Positions 26,961-36,588 of a stretch of DNA of 58,654 bases are shown here, in pieces. The position numbers and the translations under genes are program-made. The notes beneath the pieces are model-generated. The model worked only from the letters and a program-made list of their open reading frames with translations. It was not told the DNA's origin and ran no database searches. Numbering within the stretch: the stretch's first letter is position 1; each line of letters begins with the position of its first letter. Origin of the DNA: a virus (taxonomy: Duplodnaviria > Caudoviricetes); IMG/VR virus record IMGVR_UViG_3300043775_001123, positions 1 through 58,654 of that record, one strand, 5' to 3'.

Positions 26961-27065
26961 ATGAAAAAATCATCTTGTGGATCAAAAATGGCTACAGCGC
27001 CAAAAAAAGGTATGAAACCTATGGTAGAGAAGAAAACAATGTATAACAAAAAAACTAAGAAATAA
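26961..27065 (+). CDS. Small basic peptide (MKKSSCGSKMATAPKKGMKPM...)
   Basis: 34-aa ORF, TAATG-coupled to next gene. Confidence 0.5.
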   Translation: MKKSSCGSKMATAPKKGMKPMVEKKTMYNKKTKK

Positions 27066-28102
27066 TGGCAGAAATTCCAAGTGGAACAAAATTTATAGGT
27101 ATAGATGCTTCTATACCAACTCCAGAATTAAATGGTACTAGGGTTAATAATAAAACTCAACATTATACTGTAGAGGATATTGCTTCTTTTGTAGGTGTAG
27201 GTTCAGAAGGACCTCAAGGAGTACAAGGACCAGCAGGACCTCCAGGACCAGTAGGACCAGCAGGTTTAGAATGGAAAGGGGCTTGGAACACAAACTCGTC
27301 TTACGCTGTTGATGACGCTGTAGGATTTAACGGAGCTTCTTGGTTTTGTATTTCAGCAGTTACAGGAACAGGAAACTCAAATCCAGAAGAAGACACTGAA
27401 AGTTGGGCTTTATTGGCAGCGCAAGGAGCTACAGGACCTCAGGGTGCGCAAGGACCTCAAGGACCTCAAGGACCTGCTGGGGTAGCTCTTACTAAAACTT
27501 ACGGAACACTTGATGGGAGTACTGGAGATCCTGTTGATTTAATTTATGACATAAATAGATTGATTGACGGATCAGGACCTTTTAACCAGTTTAAATTACC
27601 TAACACATCATTAATAGGTAAAGAAATAGTCGTATATTTTTTTGGAACTAAAACTACTACTGTTTACCCATCATCAGGAAGTAATCGTTTTATTGTTGGA
27701 GCAGCATCATTAACAAGTAATATAAAATTATATTCAAATGATTATTATAAATTTACTTGTATAGGTTCAAATCTTTGGTTAGTAGAAAAAATGGAATTTA
27801 CAAAAAAAGAATTCAAAGCTTTTATAACTCAAACAGGAACAAATAATCCTGTAATAGATACAACAAGTGTAAATACAACTGAAAAAACATTTACTATAAC
27901 TAGAGTTAATACTGGAGAATATGAAATAACACCAAACACACCATTTTCAAACTTTAAAAAAGTATTTGTAAATTTAGAAATTCAAAGTGGCACAAGATCA
28001 ATAGTAGTAGCTAACTCAAAAATAACTGTTTATACTTTTGATGACGGAGTTCCTTTTGATTTAATAGATTACTCTTATTTAAGCATAGAAATTTATACAT
28101 AA
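27065..28102 (+). CDS. Collagen-like virion fibre, paralog 2
   Basis: MAEIPSGTKFIG anchor; two Gly-X-Y tracts flanking a WKGAW..Y..DDAV module. Confidence 0.7.
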   Translation: MAEIPSGTKFIGIDASIPTPELNGTRVNNKTQHYTVEDIASFVGVGSEGPQGVQGPAGPPGPVGPAGLEWKGAWNTNSSYAVDDAVGFNGASWFCISAVTGTGNSNPEEDTESWALLAAQGATGPQGAQGPQGPQGPAGVALTKTYGTLDGSTGDPVDLIYDINRLIDGSGPFNQFKLPNTSLIGKEIVVYFFGTKTTTVYPSSGSNRFIVGAASLTSNIKLYSNDYYKFTCIGSNLWLVEKMEFTKKEFKAFITQTGTNNPVIDTTSVNTTEKTFTITRVNTGEYEITPNTPFSNFKKVFVNLEIQSGTRSIVVANSKITVYTFDDGVPFDLIDYSYLSIEIYT

Positions 28103-28138
28103 ATCAAGTAAGTAAAATAACAAATAAATAAATAAAAT

Positions 28139-28453
28139 ATGGCAACAATTCCAGCAGGAACAAGATTTATCGGTATTTCAACTACTGCCGATTTAGGAGA
28201 AAGAAAATCAACTATTCAAAATTCATTAACAGAACCTTATACAATTGAGGACTTAATTGATGGTGTTGACTTTACAGTATTAAACGCTACTACATCTGCA
28301 TTATCTAAATCAACTTTAAACACAACTTATCCTATTGCTAGTTATCCAGTAGGATCTAAAGTTGTATGTAGAAGTATTACAGGTGGTGGATTAACTTATT
28401 TAAGAGTAGCTAGTGCTGATTGGGTTAGCTTTGCAGTGACAGCTGTATCCTAA
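28139..28453 (+). CDS. Short virion appendage, paralog 3
   Basis: MATIPAGTRFIG...QNSLTEPYTI nearly identical to paralog 1. Confidence 0.55.
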   Translation: MATIPAGTRFIGISTTADLGERKSTIQNSLTEPYTIEDLIDGVDFTVLNATTSALSKSTLNTTYPIASYPVGSKVVCRSITGGGLTYLRVASADWVSFAVTAVS

Positions 28454-28475
28454 TTACAATTAAAAAAATGCTTTT

Positions 28476-28502
28476 AACCCTATCTTTTTGGTAGGGTTTT
28501 TT
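28476..28502 (+). terminator. Intrinsic terminator
   Basis: AACCCTATC-TTTTT-GGTAGGGTT plus T run; promoter TATCTTTG follows at 28507-28514. Confidence 0.7.
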
Positions 28503-28529
28503 ATTTTATCTTTGTAAAAAATAATTACA

Positions 28530-28856
28530 ATGGTTGAAAAATTTATAAATAGCTTTACATCAGAGATTAAAGAACCTAACTCTTTCTTATTCTCATTAAT
28601 TCTTGCAAATAAATTTCAAGGTGTCATATTTGTTAAGGATAATGAAGATGATTCTATGGTTGATTTTGTGGTTTTTATAGACGACAAGCTATACGATATG
28701 TTTGGAGAGGTTAAATTTAAAGACGTAGATATAGAGAATTATTCAATGTTTGATAAGTTGTCTGCAATATTTAGCGCAAATCAATACCACGCTTTGAAGT
28801 GGTTATTTATTAATGAAACAAATGAAGATGAATTATACTACAACAATATCAATTGA
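28530..28856 (+). CDS. Hypothetical protein
   Basis: ORF after promoter. Confidence 0.55.
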   Translation: MVEKFINSFTSEIKEPNSFLFSLILANKFQGVIFVKDNEDDSMVDFVVFIDDKLYDMFGEVKFKDVDIENYSMFDKLSAIFSANQYHALKWLFINETNEDELYYNNIN

Positions 28857-29175
28857 TTTTGATGGAACTTTGTCATTGCCTGAGGTTCAGATATTTACAA
28901 AAACCTTAATTAGTAGAGGTTTTAATGTGGTTGTATTAACAACACGTTTTGAGAAGTTTCTTAATCAAGACTTAGTAAGGATAGCTGAAAAACTAGGTAT
29001 AAGTGAAATAATTTACACTAATGGAGAAGATAAACATTATTTTATGGAAGGCATAGCTTTACATTTAGATAATGATGAAAGAGAGCTTAGATTGATTTCA
29101 AGATATACAGATACAGAAGTAATTAACGTAACAGATAAAGAATGGAAGGAAACAATAGAGAATTTACTATTTTAG
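28828..29175 (+). CDS. HAD-superfamily phosphatase-like protein
   Basis: DFDGTL motif I, LTTR motif II, K and LHLDND motifs. Confidence 0.7.
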   Translation: MNYTTTISIDFDGTLSLPEVQIFTKTLISRGFNVVVLTTRFEKFLNQDLVRIAEKLGISEIIYTNGEDKHYFMEGIALHLDNDERELRLISRYTDTEVINVTDKEWKETIENLLF

Positions 29176-29183
29176 AAATAGAT

Positions 29184-29528
29184 ATGTTCAATAGGATTGA
29201 TGAAGCTATAGAAAATGAAGACCATAAGTACCAGGCTGATGTTATATGCGAATTGACAAAGAGAAATATGCTTGATGAATTTGATATTATAAGAACAGTG
29301 TCAATGTTATCATCTATCGTATGTAATTTAGAAGAGGACATAGAGTATGCGCAAGATGGTTTTCCTTCTGACGGTTGTAAGGTTATGTTATTTTCAGACG
29401 AGATACAGGATATGTATTTTGATGATTTCTCAAACGAAGATATACTATCAATAATCAAAGAAGAGTTAATTACAAGAGAAAGATACGAACTATTAAACGA
29501 AATAAAGAAAAATGAAGAAAACAGCTAA
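29184..29528 (+). CDS. Acidic hypothetical protein
   Basis: Start moved to MFNRID; UVR-like C-terminal ERYELL. Confidence 0.5.
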   Translation: MFNRIDEAIENEDHKYQADVICELTKRNMLDEFDIIRTVSMLSSIVCNLEEDIEYAQDGFPSDGCKVMLFSDEIQDMYFDDFSNEDILSIIKEELITRERYELLNEIKKNEENS

Positions 29529-29784
29529 GTACTACAAAGAAAATCCAGAGGCTTACGAAAAGAAACTTGCCTACCAAAAGAAGTACAATGAAAAACCAGA
29601 ACAAAGAAAGAAACGTTCTGAATTGGTTAAGATTAATCGAGAGGCAGATAAAAAAGGAATTGATAGAAATGGTAAAGATTACGACCACGCAGTTAAAAGA
29701 CACGTTAAATCTTCTATTAACAGGGGTAGGAATTCAAAGAATAGTACAAAATATACAGATGGAGACAAAAAAACAAGAGGGTAA
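29512..29784 (+). CDS. Small basic HNH-like protein
   Basis: GKDYDH...SSINRGRN resembles a reduced beta-beta-alpha-Me motif. Confidence 0.45.
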   Translation: MKKTAKYYKENPEAYEKKLAYQKKYNEKPEQRKKRSELVKINREADKKGIDRNGKDYDHAVKRHVKSSINRGRNSKNSTKYTDGDKKTRG

Positions 29785-29835
29785 ATGATTGTTATTATAA
29801 ACAAAAAAGCCTTAATTGTATAAAATATAAAACAA

Positions 29836-30504
29836 ATGGATGATTTTAAATCTTTCTTAAACGAAAACAAAGAGAAACTTAAAATTGAGTCTGCTATAGA
29901 TAGACACCTTAATGATTATTCATCTGATTTCTCAAAGGGCAAAAAATTACGACCAATGAGGAGAAAGAATTACAGAAGAGATGAGCATAAAGGAAAGATA
30001 AAAGTATTAACAAATAATAGAGAGTACGACTTTATGAAGTATTACTTTCTTGTAAAAACTTGGGCTTCAGTTAGGTATGGTTTAAAATTTGAAGAAATAG
30101 AATTTTTAATGTATTTTTATTCAGAAACACACTTCTCAAATAAAGACTTTGATATATATGCTAAGGCAATATTAAACAAAGGGAAGAATATAAGTCGCTT
30201 TGTTGATATGGGATTTATTGAAATGTTACCAGGACAAGAGAGTGTTGTAAAGAGGACTAATAGATGTTATAGATTAACTCACAAGTGTAAGCATATTATA
30301 GCGTCTATATATAAAAAGATGGTATTAGAGGAGTCAATTGAAGAAAACCCTATGAATAACCCTTTATTCTTAAATCATTCAACTAGCTACAAAGACAAAA
30401 GAGTTAGGGCTTTAATAAAAGATATGAATGAGAGGAGGGATAGATTAATTAAGGGAGATACATTAAATTACTTACCAGATGATATAAATAGAAAGGAGGG
30501 CTAA
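29836..30504 (+). CDS. Putative winged-helix DNA-binding protein
   Basis: EIEFLMYFY...ISRFVDMGFIE...YRLT pattern. Confidence 0.45.
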   Translation: MDDFKSFLNENKEKLKIESAIDRHLNDYSSDFSKGKKLRPMRRKNYRRDEHKGKIKVLTNNREYDFMKYYFLVKTWASVRYGLKFEEIEFLMYFYSETHFSNKDFDIYAKAILNKGKNISRFVDMGFIEMLPGQESVVKRTNRCYRLTHKCKHIIASIYKKMVLEESIEENPMNNPLFLNHSTSYKDKRVRALIKDMNERRDRLIKGDTLNYLPDDINRKEG

Positions 30505-30519
30505 ACAACCCTCCTTTTT
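30492..30519. terminator. Bidirectional terminator
   Basis: AAAGGAGGG-CTAAACAA-CCCTCCTTT between convergent genes. Confidence 0.75.
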
Positions 30520-30538
30520 GCAATTTGTGAATCACTAA

Positions 30539-30793
30539 TTAGTCTTCTACAATAACTATATTTTCGTAGTTCATTACTAAGAACTCTTCTCCGTTATATG
30601 TTATTGGATATGTCCTATGTTTATCATACCATATTATATCTCCAGGATTTACTTTTTCAACATTTTCTCCTACAGATACGACTTCAGCCTTATTAAACTT
30701 GATGTCACTTCCAGATCCTAATATTATTCCTCCATTAGACTTTAACTCATCTTTAAATGGCTTAACCAAAATATTACTTAATACTACCTTCAT
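30539..30793 (-). CDS. groES: Co-chaperonin GroES (Cpn10)
   Basis: ILVKP..GGIIL mobile loop, VVSVG..V.PGD, EEFLVM. Confidence 0.85.
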   Translation of the reverse strand: MKVVLSNILVKPFKDELKSNGGIILGSGSDIKFNKAEVVSVGENVEKVNPGDIIWYDKHRTYPITYNGEEFLVMNYENIVIVED

Positions 30794-32357
30794 CTCTTTT
30801 GTGTGTTATAGTTGTGTTTGTTAATAATACTGTTACAGCTACAGATGCCGCATTCTCTAAAGCTAATCTAATTGCTTTTGCTGGGTCAATAATACCACTT
30901 TTAAACATATCAGTGTATTTGTAATCCTTAACATCATACCCAATGGATTTATCTTTCTTTAATAATTCAGATTGAATGTCGTCAGCCTTTAAACCTGCAT
31001 TATATAAGATAGTCTTCATAGGGGCTTTTATAGCCTCTCTAAGAGCAGAATAACCTTTACTTGTGTTCTTCTTGCCGCCAATAGATAATGATGCGTTAAA
31101 TAGAGTTAAACCACCTCCAGAAACAACTCCTTCTGCAATTGCACTTTTAACGGCATTGATGGCATCATCAACACGATCTAATTTCTCTTTAAGTTCAACT
31201 TCAGTTGTTCCTCCAACCTTAATAATTGAAACGCCACAAGCTAATTTAGATATACGGTCTTGTAAGTACTCTTTCTCTAATTTGTTATTAGAATTTGAAA
31301 TAACTTTATCAAGCTCATCAATTTTAGATTGTATCTTATCAGAATTTAATCTTTCATTAAAGAATAAGATAGTATCTTCTTTGGTTACAGTAACTTTGCT
31401 ACATTTACCCAATAATTCTTCAGGGTTGTATGCTTCAAGGTTTGTAGATGTGTCTAAATCAACAACAAGAGCGTCAGTAGCTAAAGCAATATCTGTTAAG
31501 TAGTCTCTACGTTTTTCTCCAATAGAAGGAGGGGTAATAACAGCTACTTTTAAACCATTCTTTTTATTAGCGTATAAAACCTTCATTACATCAAATTCCA
31601 TTTCAGAAATAATTAATAACTCTTGGTTTTCTCTATGACAATGTTCAATGATTGGTAAAATCTCCCTAATGTTTTGAAATTTACGATTAGATAATAATAA
31701 TCTAGGTTCTCCTGAAAACTCAATACTTCTATTCTCGGCTTTATTAATAAAACCTTCAAACTCCCAACCTCTAGAAATAGGCATACCATCAATAAAGTCT
31801 AAATAGGTTTTAGATGTATCTGATTCTTCGTGTGATACAACACCATTCTTTCCAGCCTGAACAAATGCATCTGCAATAATTTTACCTATCTCTTCATCAT
31901 TATTAGAAGATATCTTGGCTACATCATAAATGTAATCATTATCTACTTCTACAGATACGGATTTTATATATTCAATCGTATCTTTGACCGCATCTTCAAC
32001 ACCATTCTTTACATCAATTGCTGACTTACCTTCTCTTAATAGTTTTTCTGTTTCGTCAATAATTGCTTTTGTTAATACAGCAGTACAAGTTGTTGCATCA
32101 CCAGCTTCACTAACTGTCTTACGACAAGCTTGCTTTACAAATTCAGCACCTAAACTTTCAGAGGCATCTTCTAAGAAAATAGCATCAGCTACAGACACAC
32201 CGTCTTTTGTTACGATAGGCAAACCACCATTGCTTTCTATTAATACTGTTCGACCCCTATACCCCATAGTGGTAGCTACGGCATCACAAACAGTCTTAAT
32301 ACCTTTTATCAAAGGCTCTTTTGCTTCTTGATTAAATTTTACTTCCTTAATATTCAT
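30774..32357 (-). CDS. groEL: Chaperonin GroEL (Cpn60)
   Basis: TKDGVSVA, AGDATT, VGGTTEVELKEK.DRVDDA, GVVSGGG, GIIDP. Confidence 0.95.
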   Translation of the reverse strand: MNIKEVKFNQEAKEPLIKGIKTVCDAVATTMGYRGRTVLIESNGGLPIVTKDGVSVADAIFLEDASESLGAEFVKQACRKTVSEAGDATTCTAVLTKAIIDETEKLLREGKSAIDVKNGVEDAVKDTIEYIKSVSVEVDNDYIYDVAKISSNNDEEIGKIIADAFVQAGKNGVVSHEESDTSKTYLDFIDGMPISRGWEFEGFINKAENRSIEFSGEPRLLLSNRKFQNIREILPIIEHCHRENQELLIISEMEFDVMKVLYANKKNGLKVAVITPPSIGEKRRDYLTDIALATDALVVDLDTSTNLEAYNPEELLGKCSKVTVTKEDTILFFNERLNSDKIQSKIDELDKVISNSNNKLEKEYLQDRISKLACGVSIIKVGGTTEVELKEKLDRVDDAINAVKSAIAEGVVSGGGLTLFNASLSIGGKKNTSKGYSALREAIKAPMKTILYNAGLKADDIQSELLKKDKSIGYDVKDYKYTDMFKSGIIDPAKAIRLALENAASVAVTVLLTNTTITHKRDEGSIK

Positions 32358-32378
32358 ATTAAATTAATTTTTATTATG

Positions 32379-32410
32379 CAAATATACACCTTTTTTTATT
32401 CGTATCTTTG
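32379..32410. promoter_or_regulatory. Divergent promoter pair (TATATTTG minus for groEL; TATCTTTG plus for spike/lysis genes)
   Basis: Two TAnnTTTG-CA matches back to back at 32379-32386 and 32403-32410. Confidence 0.6.
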
Positions 32411-32438
32411 CAAAGATTTTTACAAAATATAAAGATGT

Positions 32439-32711
32439 ATGGCAAAAGTAGTTAAATCAGAAATGAAATGCAATGTAGCTAAGAGAACACCTAGTCATCC
32501 TAAGAAAAGTCACATAGTAAAAGCTTGTGAGAATGGAAAGGAAAAAGTAATTAGATTTGGGGAGCAAGGAGCGAAAACTGCTGGAAAACCTAAAGCAGGA
32601 GAAAGTGATGCGATGAAGAAGAAAAGAGCTTCGTTTAAAGCTAGACACGCTAAGAATATTTCTAAGGGTAAAATGTCTGCTGCATATTGGAGTGATAGAG
32701 TAAAATGGTAA
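32439..32711 (+). CDS. Small basic phage protein (IRFGEQG...RASFKARH...SAAYWS)
   Basis: Widespread phage motif from memory; function unknown. Confidence 0.65.
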   Translation: MAKVVKSEMKCNVAKRTPSHPKKSHIVKACENGKEKVIRFGEQGAKTAGKPKAGESDAMKKKRASFKARHAKNISKGKMSAAYWSDRVKW

Positions 32712-32737
32712 ATAATAACTTAAAAATATAAAATAAA

Positions 32738-33004
32738 ATGTCATATCAAAAATTACAAGCAAATAGAGCGGCTGCTGTAACACCAAGTAATACAGCTAAT
32801 ATTCCATCATTATCTTCAGAAGCAGGAACACCTAATAGAGGATGCGTGCTTTATATTGGTACGAAAGGAAATTTAAAAGTATTGACTGTCGGAGGAGATG
32901 AGGTAACTTTTACAAACTTTCAAGATGGTAGTTTCTTGCCAGTTCAAGTAGTTAGAGTTTATTCAACAGGAACAACGGCATCTAATATCATAGCTCTTTG
33001 GTAA
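32738..33004 (+). CDS. Head-spike base protein (RcGTA Rcc01079-like)
   Basis: VTPS..., LYIG..GNLKV, LPVQVVRVYSTGTTA. Confidence 0.65.
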   Translation: MSYQKLQANRAAAVTPSNTANIPSLSSEAGTPNRGCVLYIGTKGNLKVLTVGGDEVTFTNFQDGSFLPVQVVRVYSTGTTASNIIALW

Positions 33005-33005
33005 T

Positions 33006-33788
33006 ATGTTTATAGCAATAGCAAATGCAATAGGGGCTAATAGGTCTTCTGGTATTAAATACGACGCATCTTATCAAGAAATATTAGATGCAATGACTGG
33101 TTATGGATATACTTTACCTTCTGATGCAGAGAAATTAATACAAAATAAATTAATATTAGATTTAAAAGCCATTAATGCTTGGGATGAATTTGACGAGTTT
33201 TACAATTTTAGAACAAAATCAAACGAGTATGTTCCATTAGTTGATTGGAGAAATCCATCAAGAAGATGTAGTGTCTATTCAGGTATTACTTTTGAAATAG
33301 GAAAAGGATTTAAGGGTGGCGGTACAGGATACATAGACACAAACTATAACTATTCAACAGGTACTAAATATACAAGAAATTCTGCATCAAGATTTTTCTA
33401 CATAGAAACTGGTATTACAAATAACATTATAGATGGTATAGATACAGGAAATCAAAATAGGAGTACTACACAAGTAATATCATCTCAAAGGATAAATCAA
33501 GGGTTAAACACATTATCTGGTACTTTTGGTTTTTCAACTACCGCTGGAATGAAATCAATTCACAGATTAGATTCCACTAATGTAAGGTGTGTTAATAATA
33601 AAACTGCATCAAGTTTTACAGCGAATAGTGATACATTAACATCGGCAACACAATTGATATTAAAATCAGGCGCTTCTTTTGGAGGTCATACTATATCTTT
33701 TCACGCAATGGGTAGTAATTTGTTTGATAAAAACGATGCAATAGTAGATGCTTATTCTGACTATGTAACTTCTTTAAATTCATTATAA
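33006..33788 (+). CDS. Head-spike fibre/lectin-like virion protein
   Basis: Hydrophobic MFIAIANAIG N-terminus as in Rcc01080-type fibres; follows the spike base. Confidence 0.5.
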   Translation: MFIAIANAIGANRSSGIKYDASYQEILDAMTGYGYTLPSDAEKLIQNKLILDLKAINAWDEFDEFYNFRTKSNEYVPLVDWRNPSRRCSVYSGITFEIGKGFKGGGTGYIDTNYNYSTGTKYTRNSASRFFYIETGITNNIIDGIDTGNQNRSTTQVISSQRINQGLNTLSGTFGFSTTAGMKSIHRLDSTNVRCVNNKTASSFTANSDTLTSATQLILKSGASFGGHTISFHAMGSNLFDKNDAIVDAYSDYVTSLNSL

Positions 33789-33790
33789 TT

Positions 33791-33994
33791 ATGAAAGTAT
33801 TGATAGCAAATGAAGAGCAATACAAAGCTCTTAACGGTTTTAATAACGACTGTTTTATTTTAAAATTTATAAAGGACAAACAGGGAAGATGGGTGGTTGG
33901 AGCAAATGTTTTAACTAATTATAAATTCTATGAAATTTGGCACGATTTATCACAGTTAGAAATAACAGACTATATACCGAATAATGATGAGTAG
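33791..33994 (+). CDS. Hypothetical protein
   Basis: Coupled ORF. Confidence 0.55.
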   Translation: MKVLIANEEQYKALNGFNNDCFILKFIKDKQGRWVVGANVLTNYKFYEIWHDLSQLEITDYIPNNDE

Positions 33995-34187
33995 AAAAGA
34001 AAAAATAGACTTATTCCTATCAAAGTGGGTTAGTCGTAAATTGACTGTTTTTGTGGTGGCTTCTGTTGGTTTATTTAGCGGAGTTATTACGTCAACGGAT
34101 TGGGTAATTATTGGAACTTCTTATATAACTATTGAAGGGGTTACTACTATTGTTGAACGCTTAATGAAAACAAAAAATGCAAATTAA
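33984..34187 (+). CDS. Holin-like membrane protein
   Basis: SRKL followed by two hydrophobic helices, upstream of the endolysin. Confidence 0.55.
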   Translation: MMSRKEKIDLFLSKWVSRKLTVFVVASVGLFSGVITSTDWVIIGTSYITIEGVTTIVERLMKTKNAN

Positions 34188-34353
34188 CGATTTGAAACTT
34201 TACGCACTAAATTCACTAACAATGGCAATTAGCTTTACAAATATAGAAGCTACTTTAAAAATATTATTACTATGCGTTTCTATTGTTTATACAATTATGA
34301 AAACTATTGAATTAATCAAGAAGAAATATGACGACAAAACAGATAATAGCTAA
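34177..34353 (+). CDS. Second holin-like membrane protein ([14 protein letters not shown]..., not in ORF track)
   Basis: 58 aa with hydrophobic helix and basic tail, overlapping the endolysin start. Confidence 0.55.
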   Translation: MQINDLKLYALNSLTMAISFTNIEATLKILLLCVSIVYTIMKTIELIKKKYDDKTDNS

Positions 34354-34792
34354 ATATGGAAAACCAAATGTTACAGGAGAAGGTTATCTTGTAACAATTA
34401 ATTTGCCATACCCAATGAGATTAGCTTGGGATACTGATACTATTGTTCATAAAATGCGTTGTCATAAATTAGTTGCTGACAAATTTCTTGCTGTATTTAA
34501 TGAAATACATAGAGAGTACGGATATGCTAAAATAAAGGAACTTGGAATTGATTTATTTGGAGGTTGCTTTAATTTTAGAAAGATGCGTGGAGGTAATGAT
34601 TGGAGTACTCATTCTTGGGGAATTTCATTAGATTTAGATCCTGCAAGGAATCAATTAAAGGAAACAAGTAAAACTGCTAGATTTGCTAGACCAGAATACA
34701 AGAAAATGATTGATATATTTTACAAACACGGATTTATAGGTTTAGGTAGAGAAGAGAATCGAGATTGGATGCACTTTGAAATTAAAGAATAA
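34328..34792 (+). CDS. Endolysin, peptidase M15 family
   Basis: R...[10 protein letters not shown] and DWMHFE zinc ligands. Confidence 0.85.
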   Translation: MTTKQIIAKYGKPNVTGEGYLVTINLPYPMRLAWDTDTIVHKMRCHKLVADKFLAVFNEIHREYGYAKIKELGIDLFGGCFNFRKMRGGNDWSTHSWGISLDLDPARNQLKETSKTARFARPEYKKMIDIFYKHGFIGLGREENRDWMHFEIKE

Positions 34793-34798
34793 ATAATT

Positions 34799-36010
34799 AT
34801 GGCAAGAATAAAAACATATACAGTAGACACACTTATAACAGACAACGACATTGTTATAGGTAGTGATTCAGATAATCTGAGTCAAACAAAGAATTACAAG
34901 GCATCTGATTTAAGAGGTTATGTATTATCAGGATTAGACCCTGAAACTGGCGGTAACTTAAAAATTACAACAATTACCGCTACAAGTAGTGTATATTTAA
35001 CTCCAAATGGATATGTAAACAATTTAAACCCTGCAATAGAGGTTTTAAGTTATGAAATTATATTCTTAATATTAAATGGAAGAACATATATTTTTAGAAG
35101 AAATGGAGACACATTTGGTGTTGGAGAAACTCAAACGTCTTCAGGAGACTTCACGGAAATAGATATTACATCCGTAATAAATGCTAATTTACAAGACTTA
35201 GATTCTGTATTATCTGAAGGTAATGTGTCTCAGGAAGATGCAAAAATAGGTGCTTTATTTTTGTACGATGAAATGAATGCTAATTATGGTAAGATATTTA
35301 CAGATAAAGATACATTCATATTAAAAGATCGCTTATCAAATAATATACTTGAAGTTGGAGGTGGGTATATTACATTAAGACATAATAATTCTACAAACGA
35401 TAAATTCTCAATTCAAAAACCTATAGGTTTAACAACCGCAAGAACAGCTACATTTCAAAACGCATCTGGAACTGTCGCTTATTTATCTGATATACCTACT
35501 GTTGAAATTCAGGAATTAGCAGATGGAGATAATATATCTATTGAATCAAGTGATGGAGTTTATACAATAAATTCAAATTACTACAATAGACCATATATAA
35601 CAGATATACAATTTAGAAATTCATTAACAAATACTACTTTTTTTACTGGTGGTCAAAACTACACTTATAATGCAGTTTCTTCTCCAATAAATTCTATAAG
35701 AATTAAATTCAATGAATCTATTTTTAAAGTTACAACAAGTAATGTAAAAGTAGCTTCAATATTAATTGACTTTGAAAAAGATTCCGAAACACCTAAAAAT
35801 AAAACTGAAATTTTCAATACAAATGTTACATTATCAGGAGACTATATTACATTTCCATTTGATTTTTCAACTTTTAGTAATACTGTTGGTTTAAGACCTA
35901 TAAATATAAAGGTTTCTTTATACCCAGATGTAATTACAAATGGTGTAGAAAAGTGTGATGGAACAATATCAGAATCAATTTCAAATTTCTTAAATGACGC
36001 TTTATTTTAA
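34799..36010 (+). CDS. Tail fibre-like protein
   Basis: MARIKTY...IGSD...TKNY anchor; QDLDSVLSEGN and SGTVAYLSDIP fibre motifs. Confidence 0.6.
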   Translation: MARIKTYTVDTLITDNDIVIGSDSDNLSQTKNYKASDLRGYVLSGLDPETGGNLKITTITATSSVYLTPNGYVNNLNPAIEVLSYEIIFLILNGRTYIFRRNGDTFGVGETQTSSGDFTEIDITSVINANLQDLDSVLSEGNVSQEDAKIGALFLYDEMNANYGKIFTDKDTFILKDRLSNNILEVGGGYITLRHNNSTNDKFSIQKPIGLTTARTATFQNASGTVAYLSDIPTVEIQELADGDNISIESSDGVYTINSNYYNRPYITDIQFRNSLTNTTFFTGGQNYTYNAVSSPINSIRIKFNESIFKVTTSNVKVASILIDFEKDSETPKNKTEIFNTNVTLSGDYITFPFDFSTFSNTVGLRPINIKVSLYPDVITNGVEKCDGTISESISNFLNDALF

Positions 36011-36014
36011 AGTT

Positions 36015-36554
36015 ATGAATAGATTTACTACATTTATATTGGGAGCATTATTTGCTGTTGTATTTCTTCATTTTTGCGAAGGTAAAAAGAAAGAAGATAA
36101 GGTTGTTACAGAGATAAAAGTTGTAAAGGTTACTGATACTCTAAAAATAAAAGGAGGTATTGTTACTAAGTATAAACAAGTATTTGTTAGAAAGACAGAT
36201 ACATCTGTTGTTTATTTAGATAAGCCTGATACAACATCTATTTGCGCTAATTACTATGAACAACCTATAGTTGGTAAAAGAAGCAATGGTATTGCTAGAA
36301 TAACTACCACAGGAGAATTAGTAGACTTTTCAGCAACAATAGAGTGTCAAGATAGTATAACAGAAACAACAATAACAAAATATAGAGATAAGAGTCAATT
36401 ATTCTTGTCTGGAGAATACAATACAAGTAGGACTATGCAATTAGGCGTAGACTACAATATTAAGAATACAATATTACTAAAGGCTGGAGCTGGATATAAC
36501 TTCGAAAGTAAAGTTCCACATATTTCATTAGGCGTAGGAATACCTATATTTTAA
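36015..36554 (+). CDS. Putative spanin-like envelope protein
   Basis: N-terminal TM helix ending in Cys; C-terminal amphipathic beta strands ending in Phe; near lysis genes. Confidence 0.45.
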   Translation: MNRFTTFILGALFAVVFLHFCEGKKKEDKVVTEIKVVKVTDTLKIKGGIVTKYKQVFVRKTDTSVVYLDKPDTTSICANYYEQPIVGKRSNGIARITTTGELVDFSATIECQDSITETTITKYRDKSQLFLSGEYNTSRTMQLGVDYNIKNTILLKAGAGYNFESKVPHISLGVGIPIF

Positions 36555-36555
36555 G

Positions 36556-36563
36556 TATCTTTG
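36556..36563 (+). promoter_or_regulatory. Bacteroidota -7 element (TATCTTTG) for the packaging operon
   Basis: TAnnTTTG-CA. Confidence 0.55.
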
Positions 36564-36588
36564 CACTTTAATTTTAATTTAATTTAAT

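Noticed and set aside
27205-27480. GGACCNCAA/GGACCAGCA tandem DNA repeats
   Set aside because: Explained by collagen Gly-X-Y coding
29567-29788. Alternative-frame ORF overlapping 29512-29784
   Set aside because: TTG start, no motif; the other frame has the HNH-like signature
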